A stretch of 64,000 nt of DNA from Auanema rhodensis (Eukaryota > Animalia > Nematoda), in contig CAXKVF010000077.1 in the NCBI GenBank assembly GCA_964057225.1, positions 310,001-374,000 on the forward strand, given 5' to 3'. The notes under the pieces were generated by a model that searched no databases, was not told where the DNA came from, and saw nothing but the letters and a program-made list of their open reading frames with translations. A program made the translations under genes and the position numbers. Below are positions 26,201-41,500 of this stretch, one piece after another (position 1 is the first letter of the stretch; every line of letters begins with the position of its first letter).

Positions 26201-29200
26201 TGCACATCACGTGTACATTTAATTAGCATAAATTAAAGTTCACGTAAATTTCAAAGTCATGGTTACCATGCACCAATATCAATAAAAATTTGTTTTTAGA
26301 CTAATATGGACATGGGGAATCTAATTTTGAAAACCGCATCTCTTCATCTTTCACGTGAAGCGAGTTACATACCAAGTGCACATCACGTGTACATTTAATT
26401 AGCATAAATTAAAGTTCACGTGAATTTCAAAGTCATGGTTACCATGCACCAATATCAATAAAAATTTGTTTTTAGACTAATATGGACATGGGGAATCTAA
26501 TTTTGAAAACCGCATCTCTTTATCTTTCAGGTGAAGCGAGTTACATACCAAGTGCACATCACGTGTACATTTAATTAGCATAAATTAAAGTTCACGTAAA
26601 TTTCAAAGTCATGGTTACCATGAACCAATATCAATAAAAATTTGTTTTTCGACTAATATGGACATGGGGAATCTAATTTTGAAAACCGCATCTCTTTATC
26701 TTTCACGTGAAGCGAGTTACATACCAAGTGCACATCACGTGTACATTTAATTAGCATAAATTAAAGTTCACGTAAATTTCAAAGTCATGGTTACCATGAA
26801 CCAATATCAATAAAAATTTGTTTTTAGACTAATATGGACATGGGGAATCTAATTTTGAAAACCGCATCTCTTTATCTTTCACGTGAAGCGAGTTACATAC
26901 CAAGTGCACATCACGTGTACATTTAATTAGCATAAATTAAAGTTCACGTAAATTTCAAAGTCATGGTTACCATGAACCAATATCAATAAAAATTTGTTTT
27001 TAGACTAATATGGACATGGGGAATCTAATTTTGAAAACCGCATCTCTTTATCTTTCACGTGAAGCGAGTTACATACCAAGTGCACATCACGTGTACATTT
27101 AATTAGCATAAATTAAAGTTCACGTAAATTTCAAAGTCATGGTTACCATGCACCAATATCAATAAAAATTTGTTTTTAGACTAATATGGACATGGGGAAT
27201 CTAATTTTGAAAACCGCATCTCTTCATCTTTCACGTGAAGCGAGTTACATACCAAGTGCACATCACGTGTACATTTAATTAGCATAAATTAAAGTTCACG
27301 TAAATTTCAAAGTCATGGTTACCATTCACCAATATCAATAAAAATTTGTTTTTAGACTAATATGGACATGGGGAATCTAATTTTGAAAACCGCATCTCTT
27401 TATCTTTCACGTGAAGCGAGTTACATACCAAGTGCACATCACGTGTACATTTAATTAGCATAAATTAAAGTTCACGTAAATTTCAAAGTCATGGTTACCA
27501 TGAACCAATATCAATAAAAATTTGTTTTTAGACTAATATGGACATGGGGAATCTAATTTTGAAAACCGCATCTCTTTATCTTTCACGTGAAGCGAGTTAC
27601 ATACCAAGTGCACATCACGTGTACATTTAATTAGCATAAATTAAAGTTCACGTAAATTTCAAAGTCATGGTTACCATGCACCAATATCAATAAAAATTTG
27701 TTTTTAGACTAATATGGACATGGGGAATCTAATTTTGAAAACCGCATCTCTTCATCTTTCACGTGAAGCGAGTTACATACCAAGTGCACATCACGTGTAC
27801 ATTTAATTAGCATAAATTAAAGTTCACGTAAATTTCAAAGTCATGGTTACCATTCACCAATATCAATAAAAATTTGTTTTTAGACTAATATGGACATGGG
27901 GAATCTAATTTTGAAAACCGCATCTCTTTATCTTTCACGTGAAGCGAGTTACATACCAAGTGCACATCACGTGTACATTTAATTAGCATAAATTAAAGTT
28001 CACGTAAATTTCAAAGTCATGGTTACCATGAACCAATATCAATAAAAATTTGTTTTTAGACTAATATGGACATGGGGAATCTAATTTTGAAAACCGCATC
28101 TCTTTATCTTTCACGTGAAGCGAGTTACATACCAAGTGCACATCACGTGTACATTTAATTAGCATAAATTAAAGTTCACGTAAATTTCAAAGTCATGGTT
28201 ACCATGCACCAATATCAATAAAATTTTGTTTTTAGACTAATATGGACATGGGGAATCTAATTTTGAAAACCGCATCTCTTTATCTTTCACGTGAAGCGAG
28301 TTACATACCAAGTGCACATCACGTGTACATTTAATTAGCATAAATTAAAGTTCACGTAAATTTCAAAGTCATGGTTACCATACACCAATATCAATAAAAA
28401 TTTGTTTTTAGACTAATATGGACATGGGGAATCTAATTTTGAAAACCGCATCTCTTTATCTTTCACGTGAAGCGAGTTACATACCAAGTGCACATCACGT
28501 GTACATTTAATTAGCATAAATTAAAGTTCACGTAAATTTCAAAGTCATGGTTACCATGCACCAATATCAATAACAATTTGTTTTTAGACTAATATGGACA
28601 TGGGGAATCTAATTTTGAAAACCGCATCTCTTTATCTTTCACGTGAAGCGAGTTACATACCAAGTGCACATCACGTGTACATTTAATTAGCATAAATTAA
28701 AGTTCACGTAAATTTCAAAGTCATGGTTACCATGAACCAATATCAATAAAAATTTGTTTTCAGACTAATATGGACATGGGGAATCTAATTTTGAAAACCG
28801 CATCTCTTTATCTTTCACGTGAAGCGAGTTACATACCAAGTGCACATCACGTGTACATTTAATTTGCATAAATTAAAGTTCACGTAAATTTCAAAGTCAT
28901 GGTTACCATGCACCAATATCAATAAAAATTTGTTTTTAGACTAATATGGACATGGGGAATCTAATTTTGAAAACCGCATCTCTTTATCTTTCACGTGAAG
29001 CGAGTTACATACCAAGTGCACATCACGTGTACATTTAATTAGCATAAATTAAAGTTCACGTAAATTTCAAAGTCATGGTTACCATGCACCAATATCAATA
29101 AAAATTTGTTTTTAGACTAATATGGACATGGGGAATCTAATTTTGAAAACCGCATCTCTTCATCTTTCACGTGAAGCGAGTTACATACCAAGTGCACATC

Positions 29201-30087
29201 ACGTGTACATTTAATTAGCATAAATTAAAGTTCACGTGAATTTCAAAGTCATGGTTACCATGCACCAATATCAATAAAAATTTGTTTTTAGACTAATATG
29301 GACATGGGGAATCTAATTTTGAAAACCGCATCTCTTTATCTTTCAGGTGAAGCGAGTTACATACCAAGTGCACATCACGTGTACATTTAATTAGCATAAA
29401 TTAAAGTTCACGTAAATTTCAAAGTCATGGTTACCATGAACCAATATCAATAAAAATTTGTTTTTAGACTAATATGGACATGGGGAATCTAATTTTGAAA
29501 ACCGCATCTCTTTATCTTTCACGTGAAGCGAGTTACATACCAAGTGCTCATCACGTGTACATTTAATTAGCATAAATTAAAGTTCACGTAACTTTCAAAG
29601 TCATGGTTACCATGCACCAATATCAATAAAAATTTGTTTTTAGACTAATATGGACATGGGGAATCTAATTTTGAAAACCGCATCTCTTTATCTTTCACGT
29701 GAAGCGAGTTTCATACCAAGTGCACATCACGTGTACATTTAATTAGCATAAATTAAAGTTCACGTAAATTTCAAAGTCATGGTTACCATGCACCAATATC
29801 AATAATAATTTGTTTTTAGACTAATATGGACATGGGGAATCTAATTTTGAAAACCGCATCTCTTTATCTTTCACGTGAAGCGAGTTACATACCAAGTGCA
29901 CATCACGTGTACATTTGATTAGCATAAATTGAAGTTCACGTAAATTTCAAAGTCATGGTTACCATGCACCAATATCAATAAAAATTTGTTTTTAGACTAA
30001 TATGGACATGGGGAATCTAATTTTGAAAACCGCATCTCTTTATCTTTCACGTGAAACGAGTTACATACCAAGTGCACATCACGTGTA
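23224..30087. repeat. HOR domain B: two copies of a 16/20-monomer unit containing an internal 3-mer duplication
   Basis: 23576-25159 recurs at 27096-28679 (offset 3520). 25864-26567 recurs at 28680-29383 (offset 2816). Private markers G55T/G55A+A56C, T82C, A10T, A31G, C139G. Confidence 0.85.
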
Positions 30088-33000
30088 CATTTAATTAGCA
30101 TAAATTAAAGTTCACGTAAATTTCAAAGTCATGGTTACCATGAACCAATATCAATAAAAATTTGTTTTTAGACTAATATGGACATGGGGAATCTAATTTT
30201 GAAAACCGCATCTCTTTATCTTTCACGTGAAGCGAGTTACATACCAAGTGCACATCACGTGTACATTTAATTAGCATAAATTAAAGTTCACGTAAATTTC
30301 AAAGTCATGGTTACCATGCACCAATATCAATAAAAATTTGTTTTTAAACTAATATGGACATGGGGAATCTAATTTTGAAAACCGCATCTCTTTATCTTTC
30401 ACGTGAAGCGAGTTACATACCAAGTGCACATCACGTGTACATTTAATTAGCATAAATTAAAATTCACGTAAATTTCAAAGTCATGGTTACCATGCACCAA
30501 TATCAATAAAAATTTGTTTTTAGACTAATATGGACATGGGGAATCTAATTTTGAAAACCGCATCTCTTTATCTTTCACGTGAAGCGAGTTACATACCAAG
30601 TGCACATCACGTGTACATTTAATTAGCATAAATTAAAGTTCACGTAAATTTCAAAGTCATGGTTACCATGAACCAATATCAATAAAAATTTGTTTTTAGA
30701 CTAATATGGACATGGGGAATCTAATTTTGAAAACCGCATCTCTTTATCTTTCACGTGAAGCGAGTTACATACCAAGTGCACATCACGTGTACATTTAATT
30801 AGCATAAATTAAAGTTCACGTAAATTTCAAAGTCATGGTTACCATGAACCAATATCAATAAAAATTTGTTTTTAGACTAATATGGACATGGGGAATCTAA
30901 TTTTGAAAACCGCATCTCTTTATCTTTCACGTGAAGCGAGTTACATACCAAGTGCCCATCACGTGTACATTTAATTAGCATAAATTAAAGTTCACGTAAA
31001 TTTCAAAGTCATGGTTACCATGCACCAATATCAATAAAAATTTGTTTTTAGACTAATATGGACATGGGGAATCTAATTTTGAAAACCGCATCTCGTTATC
31101 TTTCACGTGAAGCGAGTTACATACCAAGTGCACATCACGTGTACATTTAATTAGCATAAATTAAAGTTCACGTAAATTTCAAAGTCATGGTTACCATGCA
31201 CCAATATCAATAAAAATTTGTTTTTAGACTAATATGGACATGGGGAATCTAATTTTGAAAACCGCATCTCTTTATCTTTCACGTGAAGCGAGTTACATAC
31301 CAAGTGCACATCACGTGTACATTTAATTAGCATAAATTAAAGTTCACGTAAATTTCAAAGTCATGGTTACCATGCACCAATATCAATAAAAATTTGTTTT
31401 TAGACTAATATGGACATGGGGAATCTAATTTTGAAAACCGCATCTCTTTATCTTTCACGTGAAGCGAGTTACATACCAAGTGCACATCACGTGTACATTT
31501 AATTAGCATAAATTAAAGTTCACGTAAATTTCAAAGTCATGGTTACCATGAACCAATATCAATAAAAATTTGTTTTTAGACTAATATGGACATGGGGAAT
31601 CTAATTTTGTAAACCGCATCTCTTTATCTTTCACGTGAAGCGAGTTACATACCAAGTGCCCATCACGTGTACATTTAATTAGCATAAATTAAAGTTCACG
31701 TAAATTTCAAAGTCATGGTTACCATGAACCAATATCAATAAAAATTTGTTTTTAGACTAATATGGACATGGGGAATCTAATTTTGAAAACCGCATCTCTT
31801 TATCTTTCACGTGAAGCGAGTTACATACCAAGTGCACATCACGTGTACATTTAATTAGCATAAATTAAAGTTCACGTAAATTTCAAAGTCATGGTTACCA
31901 TGCACCAATATCAATAAAAATTTGTTTTTAAACTAATATGGACATGGGGAATCTAATTTTGAAAACCGCATCTCTTTATCTTTCACGTGAAGCGAGTTAC
32001 ATACCAAGTGCACATCACGTGTACATTTAATTAGCATAAATTAAAATTCACGTAAATTTCAAAGTCATGGTTACCATGCACCAATATCAATAAAAATTTG
32101 TTTTTAGACTAATATGGACATGGGGAATCTAATTTTGAAAACCGCATCTCTTTATCTTTCACGTGAAGCGAGTTACATACCAAGTGCACATCACGTGTAC
32201 ATTTAATTAGCATAAATTAAAGTTCACGTAAATTTCAAAGTCATGGTTACCATGAACCAATATCAATAAAAATTTGTTTTTAGACTAATATGGACATGGG
32301 GAATCTAATTTTGAAAACCGCATCTCTTTATCTTTCACGTGAAGCGAGTTACATACCAAGTGCACATCACGTGTACATTTAATTAGCATAAATTAAAGTT
32401 CACGTAAATTTCAAAGTCATGGTTACCATGAACCAATATCAATAAAAATTTGTTTTTAGACTAATATGGACATGGGGAATCTAATTTTGAAAACCGCATC
32501 TCTTTATCTTTCACGTGAAGCGAGTTACATACCAAGTGCCAATCACGTGTACATTTAATTAGCATAAATTAAAGTTCACGTAAATTTCAAAGTCATGGTT
32601 ACCATGAACCAATATCAATAAAAATTTGTTTTTAGACTAATATGGACATGGGGAATCTAATTTTGAAAACCGCATCTCTTTATCTTTCACGTGAAGCGAG
32701 TTACATACCAAGTGCACATCACGTGTACATTTAATTAGCATAAATTAAAGTTCACGTAAATTTCAAAGTCATGGTTACCATGAACCAATATCAATAAAAA
32801 TTTGTTTTTAGACTAATATGGACATGGGGAATCTAATTTTGAAAACCGCATCTCTTTATCTTTCACGTGAAGCGAGTTACATACCAAGTGCCCATCACGT
32901 GTACATTTAATTAGCATAAATTAAAGTTCACGTAAATTTCAAAGTCATGGTTACCATGCACCAATATCAATAAAAATTTGTTTTTAGACTAATATGGACA

Positions 33001-36000
33001 TGGGGAATCTAATTTTGAAAACCGCATCTCGTTATCTTTCACGTGAAGCGAGTTACATACCAAGTGCACATCACGTGTACATTTAATTAGCATAAATTAA
33101 AGTTCACGTAAATTTCAAAGTCATGGTTACCATGCACCAATATCAATAAAAATTTGTTTTTAGACTAATATGGACATGGGGAATCTAATTTTGAAAACCG
33201 CATCTCTTTATCTTTCACGTGAAGCGAGTTACATACCAAGTGCACATCACGTGTACATTTAATTAGCATAAATTAAAGTTCACGTAAATTTCAAAGTCAT
33301 GGTTACCATGCACCAATATCAATAAAAATTTGTTTTTAGACTAATATGGACATGGGGAATCTAATTTTGAAAACCGCATCTCTTTATCTTCCACGTGAAG
33401 CGAGTTACATACCAAGTGCACATCACGTGTACATTTAATTAGCATAAATTAAAGTTCACGTAAATTTCAAAGTCATGGTTACCATGAACCAATATCAATA
33501 AAAATTTGTTTTTAGACTAATATGGACATGGGGAATCTAATTTTGAAAACCGCATCTCTTTATCTTTCACGTGAAGCGAGTTACATACCAAGTGCCCATC
33601 ACGTGTACATTTAATTAGCATAAATTAAAGTTCACGTAAATTTCAAAGTCATGGTTACCATGCACCAATATCAATAAAAATTTGTTTTTAGACTAATATG
33701 GACATGGGGAATCTAATTTTGAAAACCGCATCTCTTTATCTTTCACGTGAAGCGAGTTACATACCAAGTGCCCATCACGTGTACATTTAATTAGCATAAA
33801 TTAAAGTTCACGTAAATTTCAAAGTCATGGTTACCATGAACCAATATCAATAAAAATTTGTTTTTAGACTAATATGGACATGGGGAATCTAATTTTGAAA
33901 ACCGCATCTCTTTATCTTTCACGTGAAGCGAGTTACATACCAAGTGCACATCACGTGTACATTTAATTAGCATAAATTAAAGTTCACGTAAATTTCAAAG
34001 TCATGGTTACCATGCACCAATATCAATAAAAATTTGTTTTTAAACTAATATGGACATGGGGAATCTAATTTTGAAAACCGCATCTCTTTATCTTTCACGT
34101 GAAGCGAGTTACATACCAAGTGCACATCACGTGTACATTTAATTAGCATAAATTAAAATTCACGTAAATTTCAAAGTCATGGTTACCATGCACCAATATC
34201 AATAAAAATTTGTTTTTAGACTAATATGGACATGGGGAATCTAATTTTGAAAACCGCATCTCTTTATCTTTCACGTGAAGCGAGTTACATACCAAGTGCA
34301 CATCACGTGTACATTTAATTAGCATAAATTAAAGTTCACGTAAATTTCAAAGTCATGGTTACCATGAACCAATATCAATAAAAATTTGTTTTTAGACTAA
34401 TATGGACATGGGGAATCTAATTTTGAAAACCGCATCTCTTTATCTTTCACGTGAAGCGAGTTACATACCAAGTGCACATCACGTGTACATTTAATTAGCA
34501 TAAATTAAAGTTCACGTAAATTTCAAAGTCATGGTTACCATGAACCAATATCAATAAAAATTTGTTTTTAGACTAATATGGACATGGGGAATCTAATTTT
34601 GAAAACCGCATCTCTTTATCTTTCACGTGAAGCGAGTTACATACCAAGTGCCCATCACGTGTACATTTAATTAGCATAAATTAAAGTTCACGTAAATTTC
34701 AAAGTCATGGTTACCATGAACCAATATCAATAAAAATTTGTTTTTAGACTAATATGGACATGGGGAATCTAATTTTGAAAACCGCATCTCTTTATCTTTC
34801 ACGTGAAGCGAGTTACATACCAAGTGCACATCACGTGTACATTTAATTAGCATAAATTAAAGTTCACGTAAATTTCAAAGTCATGGTTACCATGAACCAA
34901 TATCAATAAAAATTTGTTTTTAGACTAATATGGACATGGGGAATCTAATTTTGAAAACCGCATCTCTTTATCTTTCACGTGAAGCGAGTTACATACCAAG
35001 TGCCCATCACGTGTACATTTAATTAGCATAAATTAAAGTTCACGTAAATTTCAAAGTCATGGTTACCATGCACCAATATCAATAAAAATTTGTTTTTAGA
35101 CTAATATGGACATGGGGAATCTAATTTTGAAAACCGCATCTCGTTATCTTTCACGTGAAGCGAGTTACATACCAAGTGCACATCACGTGTACATTTAATT
35201 AGCATAAATTAAAGTTCACGTAAATTTCAAAGTCATGGTTACCATGCACCAATATCAATAAAAATTTGTTTTTAGACTAATATGGACATGGGGAATCTAA
35301 TTTTGAAAACCGCATCTCTTTATCTTTCACGTGAAGCGAGTTACATACCAAGTGCACATCACGTGTACATTTAATTAGCATAAATTAAAGTTCACGTAAA
35401 TTTCAAAGTCATGGTTACCATGCACCAATATCAATAAAAATTTGTTTTTAGACTAATATGGACATGAGGAATCTAATTTTGAAAACCGCATCTCTTTATC
35501 TTTCACGTGAAGCGAGTTACATACCAAGTGCACATCACGTGTACATTTAATTAGCATAAATTAAAGTTCACGTAAATTTCAAAGTCATGGTTACCATGAA
35601 CCAATATCAATAAAAATTTGTTTTTAGACTAATATGGACATGGGGAATCTAATTTTGAAAACCGCATCTCTTTATCTTTCACGTGAAGCGAGTTACATAC
35701 CAAGTGCCCATCACGTGTACATTTAATTAGCATAAATTAAAGTTCACGTAAATTTCAAAGTCATGGTTACCATGAACCAATATCAATAAAAATTTGTTTT
35801 TAGACTAATATGGACATGGGGAATCTAATTTTGAAAACCGCATCTCTTTATCTTTCACGTGAAGCGAGTTACATACCAAGTGCACATCACGTGTACATTT
35901 AATTAGCATAAATTAAAGTTCACGTAAATTTCAAAGTCATGGTTACCATGCACCAATATCAATAAAAATTTGTTTTTAAACTAATATGGACATGGGGAAT

Positions 36001-38535
36001 CTAATTTTGAAAACCGCATCTCTTTATCTTTCACGTGAAGCGAGTTACATACCAAGTGCACATCACGTGTACATTTAATTAGCATAAATTAAAATTCACG
36101 TAAATTTCAAAGTCATGGTTACCATGCACCAATATCAATAAAAATTTGTTTTTAGACTAATATGGACATGGGGAATCTAATTTTGAAAACCGCATCTCTT
36201 TATCTTTCACGTGAAGCGAGTTACATACCAAGTGCACATCACGTGTACATTTAATTAGCATAAATTAAAGTTCACGTAAATTTCAAAGTCATGGTTACCA
36301 TGCACCAATATCAATAAAAATTTGTTTTTAGACTAATATGGACATGGGGAATCTAATTTTGAAAACCGCATCTCTTTATCTTTCACGTGAAGCGAGTTAC
36401 ATACCAAGTGCACATCACGTGTACATTTAATTAGCATAAATTAAAGTTCACGTAAATTTCAAAGTCATGGTTACCATGCACCAATATCAATAAAAATTTG
36501 TTTTTAGACTAATATGGACATGGGGAATCTAATTTTGAAAACCGCATCTCTTTATCTTTCACGTGAAGCGAGTTACATACCAAGTGCACATCACGTGTAC
36601 ATTTAATTAGCATAAATTAAAGTTCACGTAAATTTCAAAGTCATGGTTACCATGCACCAATATCAATAAAAATTTGTTTTTAGACTAATATGGACATGGG
36701 GAATCTAATTTTGAAAACCGCATCTCTTTATCTTTCACGTGAAGCGAGTTACATACCAAGTGCACATCACGTGTACATTTAATTAGCATAAATTAAAGTT
36801 CACGTAAATTTCAAAGTCATGGTTACCATGAACCAATATCAATAAAAATTTGTTTTTAGACTAATATGGACATGGGGAATCTAATTTTGAAAACCGCATC
36901 TCTTTATCTTTCACGTGAAGCGAGTTACATACCAAGTGCCCATCACGTGTACATTTAATTAGCATAAATTAAAGTTCACGTAAATTTCAAAGTCATGGTT
37001 ACCATGAACCAATATCAATAAAAATTTGTTTTTAGACTAATATGGACATGGGGAATCTAATTTTGAAAACCGCATCTCTTTATCTTTCACGTGAAGCGAG
37101 TTACATACCAAGTGCACATCACGTGTACATTTAATTAGCATAAATTAAAGTTCACGTAAATTTCAAAGTCATGGTTACCATGCACCAATATCAATAAAAA
37201 TTTGTTTTTAAACTAATATGGACATGGGGAATCTAATTTTGAAAACCGCATCTCTTTATCTTTCACGTGAAGCGAGTTACATACCAAGTGCACATCACGT
37301 GTACATTTAATTAGCATAAATTAAAATTCACGTAAATTTCAAAGTCATGGTTACCATGCACCAATATCAATAAAAATTTGTTTTTAGACTAATATGGACA
37401 TGGGGAATCTAATTTTGAAAACCGCATCTCTTTATCTTTCACGTGAAGCGAGTTACATACCAAGTGCACATCACGTGTACATTTAATTAGCATAAATTAA
37501 AGTTCACGTAAATTTCAAAGTCATGGTTACCATGAACCAATATCAATAAAAATTTGTTTTTAGACTAATATGGACATGGGGAATCTAATTTTGAAAACCG
37601 CATCTCTTTATCTTTCACGTGAAGCGAGTTACATACCAAGTGCACATCACGTGTACATTTAATTAGCATAAATTAAAGTTCACGTAAATTTCAAAGTCAT
37701 GGTTACCATGAACCAATATCAATAAAAATTTGTTTTTAGACTAATATGGACATGGGGAATCTAATTTTGAAAACCGCATCTTTTTATCTTTCACGTGAAG
37801 CGAGTTACATACCAAGTGCCCATCACGTGTACATTTAATTAGCATAAATTAAAGTTCACGTAAATTTCAAAGTCATGGTTACCATGCACCAATATCAATG
37901 AAAATTTGTTTTTAGACTAATATGGACATGGGGAATCTAATTTTGAAAACCGCATCTCGTTATCTTTCACGTGAAGCGAGTTACATACCAAGTGCACATC
38001 ACGTGTACATTTAATTAGCATAAATTAAAGTTCACGTAAATTTCAAAGTCATGGTTACCATGCACCAATATCAATAAAAATTTGTTTTTAGACTAATATG
38101 GACATGGGGAATCTAATTTTGAAAACCGCATCTCTTTATCTTTCACGTGAAGCGAGTTACATACCAAGTGCACATCACGTGTACATTTAATTAGCATAAA
38201 TTAAAGTTCACGTAAATTTCAAAGTCATGGTTACCATGCACCAATATCAATAAAAATTTGTTTTTAGACTAATATGGACATGGGGAATCTAATTTTGAAA
38301 ACCGCATCTCTTTATCTTTCACGTGAAGCGAGTTACATACCAAGTGCACATCACGTGTACATTTAATTAGCATAAATTAAAGTTCACGTAAATTTCAAAG
38401 TCATGGTTACCATGAACCAATATCAATAAAAATTTGTTTTTAGACTAATATGGACATGGGGAATCTAATTTTGAAAACCGCATCTCTTTATCTTTCACGT
38501 GAAGCGAGTTACATACCAAGTGCCCATCACGTGTA
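30088..38535. repeat. HOR domain C: five copies of a ~9-monomer unit (9, 12, 11, 7, 9 monomers)
   Basis: Order [cons][A56C,G84A][G23A,A56C][cons][A165C][A56C,T128G][A56C][A56C][A165C]. Units start at 30088, 31672, 33784, 35720, 36952. Confidence 0.85.
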
Positions 38536-41500
38536 CATTTAATTAGCATAAATTAAAGTTCACGTAAATTTCAAAGTCATGGTTACCATGCACCAATATC
38601 AATAAAAATTTGTTTTTAGACTAATATGGACATGGGGAATCTAATTTTGAAAACCGCATCTCCTTATCTTTCACGTGAAGCGAGTTACATACCAAGTGCA
38701 CATCACGTGTACATTTAATTAGCATAAATTAAAGTTCACGTAAATTTCAAAGTCATGGTTACCATGCACCAATATCAATAAAAATTTGTTTTTAGACTAA
38801 TATGGACATGGGGAATCTAATTTTGAAAACCGCATCTCTTCATCTTTCACGTGAAGCGAGTTACATACCAAGTGCACATCACGTGTACATTTAATTAGCA
38901 TAAATTAAAGTTCACGTAAATTTCAAAGTCATGGTTACCATGCACCAATGTCAATAAAAATTTGTTTTTAGACTAATATGGACATGGGGAATCTAATTTT
39001 GAAAACCGCATCTCTTCATCTTTCACGTGAAGCGAGTTACATACCAAGTGCACATCACGTGTACATTTAATTAGCATAAATTAAAGTTCACGTAAATTTC
39101 AAAGTCATGGTTACCATGCACCAATATCAATAAAAATTTGTTTTTAGACTAATATGGACATGGGGAATCTAATTTTGAAAACCGCATCTCTTCATCTTTC
39201 ACGTGAAGCGAGTTACATACCAAGTGCACATCACGTGTACATTTAATTAGCATAAATTAAAGTTCACGTAAATTTCAAAGTCATGGTTACCATGCACCAA
39301 TATCAATAAAAATTTGTTTTTAGACTAATATGGACATGGGGAATCTAATTTTGAAAACCGCATCTCTCTATCTTTCACGTGAAGCGAGTTACATACCAAG
39401 TGCACATCACGTGTACATTTAATTAGCATAAATTAAAGTTCACGTAAATTTCAAAGTCATGGTTACCATGAACCAATATCAATAAAAATTTGTTTTTAGA
39501 CTAATATGGACATGGGGAATCTAATTTTGAAAACCGCATCTCTTTACCTTTCACGTGAAGCGAGTTACATACCAAGTGCACATCACGTGTACATTTAATT
39601 AGCTTAAATTAAAGTTCACGTAAATTTCAAAGTCATGGTTACCATGAACCAATATCAATAAAAATTTGTTTTTAGACTAATATGGACATGGGGAATCTAA
39701 TTTTGAAAACCGCATCTTTTTATCTTTCACGTGAAGCGAGTTACATACCAAGTGCACATCACGTGTACATTTAATTAGCATAAATTAAAGTTCACGTAAA
39801 TTTCAAAGTCATGGTTACCATGAACCAATATCAATAAAAATTTGTTTTTAGACTAATATGGACATGGGGAATCTAATTTTGAAAACCGCATCTCTTTATC
39901 TTTCACGTGAAGCGAGTTACATACCAAGTGCACATCACGTATACATTTAATTAGCATAAATTAAAGTTCACGTAAATTTCAAAGTCATGGTTACCATGAA
40001 CCAATATCAATAAAAATTTGTTTTTAGACTAATATGGACATGCGGAATCTAATTTTGAAAACCGCATCTCTTTATCTTTCACGTGAAGCGAGTTACATAC
40101 CAAGTGCACATCACGTGTACATTTAATTAGCATAAATTAAAGTTCACGTAAATTTCAAAGTCATGGTTACCATGCACCAATATCAATAAAAATTTGTTTT
40201 TAAACTAATATGGACATGGGGAATCTAATTTTGAAAACCGCATCTCTTTATCTTTCACGTGAAGCGAGTTACATACCAAGTGCACATCACGTGTACATTT
40301 AATTAGCATAAATTAAAGTTCACGTAAATTTCAAAGTCATGGTTACCATTCACCAATATCAATAAAAATTTGTTTTTAGACTAATATGGACATGGGGAAT
40401 CTAATTTTGAAAACCGCATCTCTTTATCTTTCACGTGAAGCGAGTTACATACCAAGTGCACATCACGTGTACATTTAATTAGCATAAATTAAAGTTCACG
40501 TAAATTTCAAAGTCATGGTTACCATGAACCAATATCAATAAAAATTTGTTTTTAGACTAATATGGACATGGGGAATCTAATTTTGAAAACCGCATCTCTT
40601 TATCTTTCACGTGAAGCGAGTTACATACCAAGTGCACATCACGTGTACATTTAATTAGCATAAATTAAAGTTCACGTAAATTTCAAAGTCATGGTTACCA
40701 TGAACCAATATCAATAAAAATTTGTTTTTAGACTAATATGGACATGGGGAATCTAATTTTGAAAACCGCATCTCTTTATCTTTCACATGAAGCGAGTTAC
40801 ATACCAAGTGCACATCACGTGTACATTTAATTAGCATAAATTAAAGTTCACGTAAATTTCAAAGTCATGGTTACCATGAACCAATATCAATAAAAATTTG
40901 TTTTTAGACTAATATGGACATGGGGAATCTAATTTTGAAAACCGCATCTCTTTATCTTTCACGTGAAGCGAGTTACATACCAAGTGCACATCACGTGTAC
41001 ATTTAATTAGCATAAATTAAAGTTCACGTAAATTTCAAAGTCATGGTTACCATGAACCAATATCAATAAAAATTTGTTTTTAGACTAATATGGACATGGG
41101 GAATCTAATTTTGAAAACCGCATCTCTTTATCTTTCACGTGAAGCGAGTTACATACCAAGTGCACATCACGTGTACATTTAATTAGCATAAATTAAAGTT
41201 CACGTAAATTTCAAAGTCATGGTTACCATGAACCAATATCAATAAAAATTTGTTTTTAGACTAATATGGACATGGGGAATCTAATTTTGAAAACCGCATC
41301 TCTTTATCTTTCACGTGAAGCGAGTTACATACCAAGTGCACATCACGTGTACATTTAATTAGCATAAATTAAAGTTCACGTAAATTTCAAAGTCATGGTT
41401 ACCATGAACCAATATCAATAAAAATTTGTTTTTAGACTAATATGGACATGGGGAATCTAATTTTGAAAACCGCATCTCTTTATCTTTCACGTGAAGCGAG

